DNA of 64,000 nt from Candidatus Nanoarchaeia archaeon. Lineage in GTDB: Archaea > Nanobdellota > Nanobdellia > Woesearchaeales > WJIZ01. This document shows positions 51,701 to 63,700 of this stretch, in pieces (the stretch's first letter is position 1; every line of letters starts with the position of its first letter). Under the pieces are notes generated by a model. That model ran no database searches, was not told the origin of the DNA, and was given only the letters and a program-made list of their open reading frames with translations. Location of the stretch: positions 26,149 to 90,148 of the forward strand of contig JANQND010000022.1 in the NCBI GenBank assembly GCA_028279765.1. The letters run 5' to 3'. The position numbers were made by a program, and so were the translations under genes.

Positions 51701-54700
51701 CGGCGCACTATCCAGACTAAAGCTGCACCAGCTCGCTTCTCTCGATGTTGAAACATTGAAGAGAATGGCACTGGTGTTGTAATCCGAATTATTCAAAGGA
51801 GAGTGGACAGCAATAGAATAAGTGCAGCTAGTAATATAGGTAGGGTCAGGACTAAAAGTTGCCCCTGAGAAATCAGAAGAGCAGTCAGTATAATCAAGCG
51901 CCAGAGTGGTGTCAGTATTTGTTCCTGTTGCATTATGGAGTCCTGACAGGTTAAGGAAAGTGTCCTTGAAAGTAATATTTCCACCATCATAACCCGTGCT
52001 CGTCGTATTCATTGAAGTAACGATAGAAGAGGTAGCATTGAGATAGATTGTCCCACCTGAGCCTGATCTCGAAGGTGTTGCGCTGGTAGAGGTCCCACCG
52101 CTTGCATCTAAAACGCCGCTGAAATTGATAGCTCCCGATGAAGTCAGCGAAATACGGCCGCCACCGCCTGCATCACCATTATTGGTCGAGATTCCTCCTG
52201 AAGCAGTGAGGGAACCATCTCCTAAAATAGTGCGTGCCTCAAGCCATATTGAACCCCCTGATCCATGGTCGTTATTCCCGTCATAACTTCTCATATCTAC
52301 CGTTCCATTAACGATAATAACTCCGGCATCAGTTTGCAGTTTAAGCCCGGAGCCACCATTGCTGGTATCTCCACCGCTTCCCAAAGACAGGGGCCTAGAC
52401 ATATTTCCATAAAGTACGCCCGCGCCACTCCCTCCGTTTCCTCCATAGCTTCCGCCTGATCCGCCTGAACCGGGACCTACATCGGTAGGAAAGCCAAGCC
52501 CTCTTCCATCAAACTTGCTACTTGCTTTCACAGTTATGTTTCCAGAAGCATTTAACCACAGTCCCCTGCCATCTGCTGTCGTATTATAACAAATAAAGCC
52601 AAGATAAATGCCCGAATTACCAAAACAGTCCCCATAAATAGTTATATTATGTTCGCTGCCGAGTACAAAATCTCCTTTAACATTTAGCACCTCTCCCTCT
52701 CCAAAATTTCCTCCCAGAAGCCCTATGGAGCCATTAACTTCCCAGTTGCCCGGCCAGGTATTATTGGTAAAAGTCAGTGTTCCAACGCCTCCCTGCCTGC
52801 TTCCAGAAGTGGATCCGGTAGTGCCGGAGGCTGTACTAATAGTTCCCGTTAAATCCATGTCCTGCGTATAGCCAAGCCGTATTCTTCCACCGCCGCCCGC
52901 AGCACCGTTATTTGATGAGCTCCCCCCCGAAGCATCTAGCACTCCTTTTCCTGTAATAGTTTGAGCAGCAAGCCAAATACTTCCTCCTGATCCTCTATCA
53001 TTAGACCCACTGCTGGAGTACATAGTAATAGATCCATTGACTACAATATCCCCCGATAGAGCCTTAAGAGCAATACCAGAAGAGCCGGCAGCATTATCCC
53101 CTCCACTGCCAAGGGAAGTGGGTGCTGTAGCATTTCCATAAAGAATATTCGTTGAGCCCGGGAAAACGGTACCACCATATCTTCCTGACTCTTCACCCGA
53201 GGAACTAGGCCCTACATCAGTAGGGAATCCTAACCCAATTCCATCAAGTGTTGCACTTGATCCAATGGTAACGTTACCATTAAGGCTTCGCCACTCCTGC
53301 CCATGGCCATCACCGGTAATATTTCCCTCGATACCAGAGAAATCAATCAGGCGGTAATCACCGTAAACATACAATGTTCCATTATTGATAGTAATACTAC
53401 CCGTGCTATTCCATAATTGTGTCCCGTCATTTCTGCCGGTCCAGTTCCCTTGTGCAAAGAGAGGAAGGAAATACAAAGATCCACCCCCGTAACTGCTATC
53501 TACAGTAAAACTGGCAAGATTTTGTGGAAGAGTATTATTCGTGATGTTAACATCGCCCGTCCCTGAGCCATTAAAGAGAATATCCTGTCCTGCTGTGGGG
53601 ACAGAACCCAAGCTCCAGCACGATGCATTAGTAAAGTAGTTTTTCGTATTACAGATCCAGTAATTAGTACCTGAGAGGATAACACTTCTTGTCAGCGTTG
53701 AATTCACATTCCCTGCTTTATCCTGAACATAAGACGTGAAAGTATGCGTCCCCGTACTTAAAGAAGTGAAATTACGCTGGATAAATGCTGATGATTCATT
53801 GGCATAAAGCCCCTTAATTTCATCTTCCGATAAGGATCGATTGAAAAGAAGAATATCGTCAATGGTCCCATTGATAAGATTGCCAAAATCCACCTGCGAG
53901 GAATCCCCATCAACTAAGTCCCCAGCGTTTACAGAGCTCTTAATCTCAGAATCTACATAGAGAGAGACATTATTATCCTTAAAAGTGACTGCAACATGAT
54001 GCCACTCTCCCACGGAATAAAGAGAAGTGGCAGAATCAAAATTCTGTGCCCCTGTTGTGTTCTTATAGTCAATTCTGAATCTTCCAGCGGTTCTGGTGCG
54101 TACAGTATAAGAAGAATCGCTATTCTGATAAAACTGGTCAAAATTATCAGTATTGTCATCAAGATTGAACCAGAAGCTCACCGTCATCTCAGACTCATTG
54201 TGGTTAGGCGTAGTTCTCAAAAAATCATTTACTCCGTCAAATTGATAAGCCTTTCCGAAGTATCCTGCATCTGTTGAGGCGACACCCCCTGTCGCAGTGC
54301 CATTGTTTCTTCCCAGATAATCTACAGTACCATTACCGTCATCGAATCTCCACCAGGAAACCAATGAATTGTCAAAATCAATAAAGCCAGAGACATTACT
54401 TCGATTATCTGCTACACTCACGTTAATGTGAATACTGGAGCCGGACAAAACCTCGTTATTACTGGGAGTAGGGTTAACATAAGAAATATTAGGAATGGAA
54501 GTGTCAATTACAACAGATCTGCTCGTTGATTGAACAACGTTTCCTGCAGTATCCTGTCCATAGACAGTAAAGGAGTATCCCCGCTCAGAAAGTCCTGTCT
54601 GATTAACACCAAGGTACGCAGTGGACGTGTTTGTATAGAGAGCCAAAACCTCGTTTGAAGTAAGTGTCCTGTTAAAGATTAAGACATCGTCAATAGTTCC

Positions 54701-57700
54701 ATTCCAGTTCTCTCCCGAAGTAATCCACCCCCCTATAATTGCATTGACATTTTCAGCTAAGTCAACATTATAATGTGTTCCAATATCAAGAGCAGATCCG
54801 CACGTTTGGCCGTCAAGGTAAATCTGAGCATTTCCACTTCGGTTTGCAACAACAAGGGCATGGTGCCATTGATCGAGTGTTAAGAATGCATTACTGCAGG
54901 TTGTGCCAGTTCTCTCTGATCCATTGCCCATCTGAAAATGAAGGTCATCAGTATTAGTCATCCTAAAATTCCACCCTTTCTGTCCTGCTGATGCTGCGCC
55001 TTTCGCCACTAAAGCAGGATAAGTTACTGTTGAATTTCCGGATCGCTTAGCCCACAAGGAAACAGTAAAGTCGACGTTTTGGGCGAATTCAAAGTCAGTA
55101 TCATCCCCCAGGTCAAGATAGTCTCCATTGCCATCAAAAGTAAATCCTTTGCCTAAATACCCTGCGGTAGTTTGAGAAGCGTCTGCTACAATAGTTCCGT
55201 TATTTCTGCTCGTGTAATCAATTACCGCTGTACCGTTATAGTCATCCATACGCCACCAGGAAACCAGTGAATTGTCGAAATCAACGAACAATGAACTATT
55301 CATTTTTCCATCTATAGCGGTAGCATTAACAAAAAGATGATTCTCCGGCTTCCAGGCACCGTTTTCAGGTGTTGGAGCTGAAAGGGTGAGATTTGGGGCA
55401 GTAGTATCAATAGTGACAAACCTGCTTGCCACACTATTCACATTTCCTGCAGTGTCCTGTGCATACGCTTTGAAATTATAAAGTCCATCAGTAAGCGAAG
55501 TAAAATTACCAAATACCGATCTCGAGGAAGTATTCGCATAGAGTGCAGCAACTTCATTTGTAGTCAGAGAGCGGTTGAAGAGCATAACATCATCAATGCT
55601 TCCTGTTAAGAATCCAGCTCCTGTGTTATATGAGCCAAAATACATGTCATACGGGCCGGAGACGTTGAAATCTGCACCACTAGTGGTACTTCTGTCAAGT
55701 GCCCCATCGGTATACAAATACATACCACTAGCATTTCTTACTCCAACGACGTGGTGCCAGGAATTGTCCATAATCACTTTATTAGAATTTCCTGTGCCTA
55801 CTTGGTTGCTTCCATTTGCAACACGGAAAACAACAGTGTCCGTTCCTGAATTAACATAAATATTGAATCCTGCATTGTAAGTTCCAGCTATTTTATTGTC
55901 GACAATTGAGGTATATGCTCCGGGCACTCCGCCCTTTACCCATACAGAAACCGTAAAAGGATCTCTCTCAAAGTCAAACCGCCCATCTTCTATGATACGT
56001 ACATAGTCTCCAGCACCATCAAAAGAGAATGCCTTACCCAGATAGCCATCTTCCACTTGGGCTGCATCTCCATTGCTGGTTCCATTGTTGAACGCCAGAT
56101 AATCGATTACATTTCCGCTTGAGTCCGTATCATCCATACGCCACCATCCAACGAGCGAGTCATTGAAATCAATAAACACGGAGACATTATAAATGTCTGA
56201 AGCAGTTGCGTTCACAGCAATAAAACTCTCTGACTGAACTGAATCATTTGAGAGAGTAGGAGCAACATAGGATATGGAGGGAAGCACAGTATCAACATAA
56301 AAAGATACAGAACTGCTGTTTCTGTTCCCTGCTGTATCAACAGCATGAGCAGTAAGATTATGCTGCCCATCTGAAAAGCCGGTCAGGTTTGCTTCATAAT
56401 TAGAGGAGCTTGAATTGTACAGTGCTGCAATTTCTGATGCAGATAAAGACCGATTGAAGACCAAAATTTCGTCAATAGTTCCGTTGAACTCGTTTACTGT
56501 AGTAGTGTATTGTGTTCCGATGAGCTCGCGCAGCGTACCAACTTCTCCTTTTTTCGGGTACACACCGGTTAGAGATGGAATCTCGCTGCTATCAAAAGCA
56601 CCATTGAGATAAGCGCTGTGTACTGTTCCATTCCATGTGCAAACAAAGTGATACCATTCATTTGCGTTAATAGCATGGAATGCTATCTCATCGGTTGCGC
56701 TTCCATTGCCGATTAAGCAGCGTACCCAACCTGAAGCGAGGTGAAGATCATATGCATGATAGATACTTTGGGAGCTAGAATAATAACCATAAATGCCGTC
56801 AAATGAAGAAGAATCATTAGCGTATACCCATGCAGAGATAGTATAATTGCATCCCTCGCAAATCAAAGGCTCTGAATTATCAGAGCGAATCTGAACAGCA
56901 TCATCAGCTCCGTCGAAAGCAAACCCTTTTCCAAATTTACCATCTTCAGTGACATTCGTATGACCTAATCGGGTTCCATTATTGGCATAAGAACTTAAAT
57001 CAAGAGGATGTTGGGTACCATTCACATCATCAAAGCGCATCCACAACAGCAAGTCATTATCTACATCGACAAAGCTGTAGTGGTTACTGCTGTCATTAGT
57101 AGATAAATTGGCATAAATTATGTTCGAATTGTGGTAAGTATTGTTAAGGGGCCTATCAAAACCAATAAGCGGAGTTGCATTATCCTCCCCTACTCCACTT
57201 CCTGTAAGGTTCTCAATCTTATAGTATCCGTTTTCGAGACTTACCTTAATACCATTTTTCCAGGTAGACAAATCAGAATGTGCAAAAATAATTTTGTTTG
57301 GACAAGAATTATTGATTTCTGTCAGTTTTGTTGCGTCGGGGCAGACAATGATTGCCGAATCACGATGCTTGCGTAAAAAGAGTGTATGATTTGAAGCAAT
57401 ACCGGTAACAGACTGGGTGTCAACTACCGTTTTATCAGTCGAGGCATTAATGATAAGTCTGCTCAGGTTTACTGCCTGCGAAGAAAAGAAGCCAAATAAC
57501 TGCAATCGAAGGCCGTCGTTTTCTGATGAAAAATTCATGAACTGGTCAGTAGAATACGTGCCGCCGGAAGCCAGCGTTCCATCTACCGAACCTACAATGG
57601 TATAATTACCTGTAGAAGCATCAGTAGGTACAAAGAAAGAGACACCAGTAGATACCACTCTTACGTCAGTGGAGTTCACGTTTCCTGCGGTGTCCTGAGA

Positions 57701-60700
57701 ATAGGCATTGAATGAATGCGAGGTAGAACTTAAGGAAGTGAGGTTCGCCGAAAGGTATTTGAGGGAAGTATTTGCATACAGCGCATCAATTTCTGAGGGA
57801 GATAATGTCCGATTGAAAAACATCACATCATCCATAGAGCCATTATAATCGTAGGTCGACGGATATCCCCCAAGATAATACGCGCCTCCTGTATCGCCAA
57901 TTGCTCCATTAACTGACCAGATTGCACTGAATGATGGATTTGAACCATTCGTATAAACTACCAGCTGTGTGCCGTTAAAAGTTGCTGCAACATGTGTCCA
58001 CTTTCCTATAGGGATGCCGCTAGTGGATTTAACTGCCAGTCCGTTATTAAAGGTGCCATTATATATTCTGAACTCAAATTGGTTCAGGCTATTAAAGTCC
58101 AGATACGCAAGAATAGAACTCAAGCCTTGTCCAAAGAGCCTGCGGTCGATATCATTGTCCACAGAGGGTCTAATCCAGGCACTCCAGGTAAAGTTTGTCG
58201 CAGAAAAATTGAGGCTTTGGCTGTGCGCAATGTCTACCCGATCAGCGTTGCCGTCAAAAGCAATTGACTTTCCAAAGCGCCCTGAGTTATTAACTGCAAC
58301 ATTATTGACTAAGGTTCCGTTATTCCTTCCCATATAGTCAAAGATATGCGTGCCATTATTATCATCCATGCGAAGCCAGGTTACCAAAGAGTCTTCAAAA
58401 TCAAGGAAAGCCGATACATTTCCTAAGGCATCAGAAGCACTGGCATTTACCGTGATGTACGTTTGAGCGATGGATGAACCGTTCGCTGGGGTAGGGCCTA
58501 CAAATGAGATCGAAGGAAGAGTAGTATCAACCGTCACACTCTTAAGAGCAGTGGAGTTTACATTTCCTGCCTGATCCTGTGTATACGCTCTAAAGGTGTG
58601 TGTGCCGTCGGTCAGTCCTGTGAAATTATTAGCGAGGTGTCTTGATGAAGTATTTGCATACAGTCCTTGTACTTCTGAAGCTGAGAATGATCGATTAAAG
58701 ATCATTACATCATCAAGGCTTCCATTGAACCTATTAGAGTTGCCATGATACTGTCCCAGAAAACCATCTGATGAAGGAGAAAAAGCTGCTCTTCCTATAT
58801 AGCTCTGCTCTACTCCATTAATATAAGTTACAGTGTTTGAAGTATTCCAGGTAACCAGATAATGCGTCCAGACATTATTTGAAATCGAGTTAGCAGGGCT
58901 TGAGTCACCTGGTCCTACTATCCTAATCGTATTTGCTGAAGTAAGGTAAATCGAAGGGTCATGTGAGGTTCCCTGTGAAAAAGGATACTCGTTATCATCT
59001 CGCGGATTTGCATAGAACCAGAAAGAAATCGTTGCGGAAAGGTTACTAACATTATTTCCGAATTCGTTTATCTCCATATAGTCGTCAACACCATCAAAAT
59101 CAAATGCCTTTCCAAGTTTTCCATAGCCCTTCTGAACTGGATTTCCAAACAAAGTTGCATTGTGGTTTCCAAAATAATCTAAAACATCAGAGCCGTTAAA
59201 GTCATCCATCCTCCACCAGGAGACTAATGAGCCGTCAAAATCAATGAATGTGGAGACATTTCCAGTGTCGTCTGCCGAAGAAACATTAACAACTAAGGTG
59301 CTATCAGAAACAGCAAAGGTCCCGTCGGGAGTATGAGAAGTAAAATTAATTTCAGGTTTAGTCTGATCTATTCGGACAGATCGAGTTGCTCCTTCAAAGA
59401 TATTTCCAGCAGAATCCTGCGAGTAAGCAGTGAAGGAATGGACTCCTTCAGCAAGATTGCTGAAATTGGTCTCGAAGTAACTTGATGAAGTATTCGCATA
59501 GAGCGCAAGAATTTCTGCTTCAGTTAAGGTTCGGTTAAATATAAGCAGATCATCAATCGAGCCATTCCAGCTATCAGCATCAGTACTTCTACGCCCAATA
59601 AAGCCAGATTCATCATTCTCAAATGTTCCGCTCTGAGATGAAATATCTACTGTTCCCAAATAAACTCCATCAATATACAAGCTAATATTATCCCCATAAA
59701 AATACCGAACAGTCCACATTCTCCAGTTATTTCCAAGGCTAGAACTTATTGCAGTAACAAGATTAGTAGTTCCGTCATCAAATACTGCTTCAGGATTTCC
59801 AGAACTGTCCTGATATATAGCCCACCAGCTAGCACTTGCGCCCCCTCTACCGCTACTATAGATGTAGTTCCAGTCATTGTCAACAAGAGATTTAGCCCAC
59901 ACGTTGACTGTAAAATTCTGCGTAGTAAAATTCAAGCTCTTGTCACTACCCACATCAACATAATCAGCATTTCCATCAAAGCTGAAGGCCTTACCAAAGT
60001 ACCCATTCTCAACCTCATAAGCATTTCCGGTGATAGTTCCATTGTTCTTCCCTGTGTAATCAAGAATATGTGTCCCGTTGTTATCATCCATTCTCCACCA
60101 GGAAACAAGTGAATCATCAAAATCAACAAAAGTAGAGACATTGCCTGAAGTATCTGCTGCCGAGACATTCACCAAAACAGAGTCATCAGAATAGAAAGAG
60201 TCAGCGGTCGCGCTAGGGTAGTCGTAGCTCAAAGTAGGATTCGTGTTATCAACGAGAACAGTTCTCAGAGCTGTCGCATTAACGTTTCCTGCCAGATCCT
60301 GTGCATACGCTCTAAAGGTGTGTACACCATCGGAAAGCCCGCTAAAGTTCGCACCGACAATTCCTGAAGAAGTATTCGCATAGAGTGCCTTGACTTCTTC
60401 ATCACTAAGTGAGCGATTGAAAATCATCAGATCGTCAATCGTTCCATTGAAACGATTAGCAGTAATGCTTCCTTCCCTTCCGATAAATGAGCCACTAATA
60501 GTTAAATCATTAATGGAGGAAATAGTAGAGACATCTGAATCAAAGTTAACTCCGTCAAGATAATACAGGTAGTCAGAGCCATTGAAGATAAATCCGACAT
60601 GATGCCATTCATTCTCATTGAGAGTAATAGTTGCAGAAGTAGGGGTAAATCCTGTCGAGCCATCCCCAGAGTGCACACTATAATATACGGAGCTGGAAGG

Positions 60701-63700
60701 TTTTCTGATAGAGAGTGCAAGGCCTTTATTAGTATCATAAGCTCCCCAGAGCACATTATAACTTTGATGGGCAGCAATGTTCACCCACCCAAAGAGAGAA
60801 AGTGAGTTTGCATTACCATAGATAGAAGTCCCCATATCTGCATAATCAGTATTTCCATCCATAGTAAGGCCATTTCCGAAATAGCCGGAGTTGGCAGTAG
60901 TCGCACTATCAAGGAGCGTACCGTTCTGCCTGCTATAGTATTCTATGATATGCGAGCCGTTCGCATCATCCATGCGCCACCACGCAACTAAGGAATCATC
61001 AAAGTCAATGACGGTTGAAATATTCCCCACATTATCAGCTGCAGAAACATTGACGATCAGAGTATTATCAGAGACTACTGATCCATCAGCAGGTGTTGCG
61101 GAAGTATAGTTCGCCTCAGGTGTAGTTAGGTCAATGCGCAGCGTCCTATTAGAGCTGGAGTTAACATTGTTCTGGATATCTTGAGCATAGACGGTATAAC
61201 TGTGAACTCCTTCTGAGAGGCTGGTAAAATTGACTTCTAGGTATTGTGTCGAAGTGTTTGCATACAGTGCCCTTACTTCTTCTTGGGTAAGTGAACGATT
61301 GAACACCAGAACATTATCAATAGTTCCGTTAAAGTGGTATGTTCCTCCATTGCTTCCAATAAGAAGTTGCTCTGGAGCGTTAAAGTCCGTATTATAGGCT
61401 CCCCCGGTCATGTTGTAGAACTGCCCATCCCAAAAACAGTGATAGCCAACGGTAGCATTCCCTAAAGGAGTGCATGCGAGGAAGTGCCACTTACCTACAT
61501 CTGCAGTAATTCCTGAAATATAAGTGGACAAAGAGCCCCAGTATAAGTAATTGTTAGCAGAATGGAAATAATAGGCCTGAGACTTTGTCCATCCGACATC
61601 ATTATCATAGATATATCCAATATATTGGTTCCTTCCAGCAGTAGAGGATAACTCGTTAAGCTTGTACCAGGCAACAAAAGTAGTAGTATCAGCTGCATCA
61701 TCTGATATTCCGCTAAATGAAGTATCCCTGATAATATCACCGGCTCCATCAAATTCGAATGCCGCACCTATTTTTCCATCACTCGTTTGGCTTGCGCCGT
61801 CAACTATGGTTAAATCGTTTCTTCCCATATAATCGGTTGGATTATTTGATCCATCAAGATCATCCATTCGATACCAGGAGACCAAAGAATCATCAAGATC
61901 CACGAATACGGAGAGATTTGATGTGTCGCTTGCAGTTACATTTAGTATAAACGAATTTTTGCTGCGATGTGAACCATCAGCAGGAGTAGGGTTAGCAACA
62001 GAAAATTGCTCAATAACACCGTCAGTCAAATTTGCAGTGAGTGTATTAACAATAGAAGACAAAGTAGGAGAGTAGAAGCTGTTTGATACATTCCCTGCAA
62101 AGAAAGTAAAGTTCAGGGTAATATTTGTCGATGCGGGGTCAATGGAGAATGTGTTCTGTCCTGTAAATACCTGATCAGTCGTATAGTACCAGCTCCCGGC
62201 ATAGTATCCAACTGTCAAATTGATAGAGCTGCCATACAATGCCTGATGGTCAGCTTTTACCACAACCTGGCTATTGCCAGAAGTAAAATTAAGGTTGGAG
62301 ATAATTTGCTCCCCACGCGGCTTGAAACGATCAGAGGCATTCAGATAGAGGCCCATCATTTGAGTTGCAGTGAGGCTGGTGTTAAACATCATAAGCTCAT
62401 CAAGGCTGCCATTGATAGTTCTTGCAGCCTGGGTAGTATCACTATTAGGATGGCCACCGATAGTCAGCACCCTATCCCTACTATTGGCAATTCCTCCTCC
62501 AAGATCATCCGAGCAAAGGAACGTTCCATTCATGTAGAGTGCATAGTCAGTAGAATTAATAGTGCCAGCCACATGAGTCCACTTATTAAGAGGAACGGCA
62601 ACACTACAGTCAATCAGGGTGTCAGTATAGCCATTTGCACTCAGCCATAAGTGATTAGAGCCTGCTTCAAGCCCCAGGTACCAATATACGGAGCCTTGTT
62701 GGAAAATATATTCTGTACCATCGGTATCATTTCGCAGATATATCCACGCGGAGAGCGTAATATTTTTGCCGGTGATATTAAAATCATCAGCATAGGCAAC
62801 TTCCAGGCGATCGCCGTTTACCAGATCCATTGCTCCTCCATACAATCCCGATGAAGTGTAGGAAGCGTTTTTTATCAGAGTCGCATCATGATTATTCTGT
62901 GAATAATCATAGGTAGTAACTGCGCTCGCATTCTCATCAAAAGGAAGATACAGAACTAAACGGTCGTAAGGAGCACTGTCAGAAATTTCCAGATGGGTAA
63001 AATTATTCTCGGCTGTAACGTTTATCAGGGTCGTATTCACAGAAACATCGCTAACAATCAGGGTTGGGTCAATAATATGGTCAAACTCCAGGTACGTTGA
63101 AGCATTGTCCAGATTAATAACCTGCAGATCAAATACATCCTGGCTGCCGTTCATTTCAGTCAGGTAAATAGTGTAGTAACTTTCATTTACTATAACAGGG
63201 AATTGTGCAATGAGCCGGGTATCGTTCTGTTCAAAGACCCTTACTGCTGTATTAAGTGATTCATTGTTACGCACATAAATCGTGATGTCCTTAGAGGGAG
63301 TAAGGTTTTCTTCAAACGTTACTCTGACATACTCCCCGTGGTAAACAGGTGTGCTCCAGTTGCCATCTTTTTGACGTACCTCAGGATAAATATCAGCAAT
63401 AAGACTTCTATTCTCTGCAAGGTGCTCTGCCTTAGTAATCAGAATAATTTCATAGGTCTGATTTGAAAGATGCGGGACAGTCCAGTAAATACGATCGATC
63501 AATGAATTATTGTTACGATCAATATAACTTACATTTTCAACGAGCTGCCGGGTATCATTCACAAGCCAGTATAATTTCACCGATTCTTTTCGTGAGTCGC
63601 GGATATCAGTAAACGACAAAATGTTAGTGTAGTGCACATCAGACTCGATAACAACCCTCTTTACTCCCTCTGTAACATTCTCCTCCTCCACACTGGGGCC

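Noticed and set aside
38374-62854. Numerous short ORFs on both strands inside the 27-kb giant gene (e.g. 41108–41611, 49988–50443, 57969–58337, 62246–62650)
   Set aside because: Same reasoning: they are embedded in or antisense to a continuous repetitive coding frame. Their proteins are low-complexity or Cys/Ser-rich with no features.
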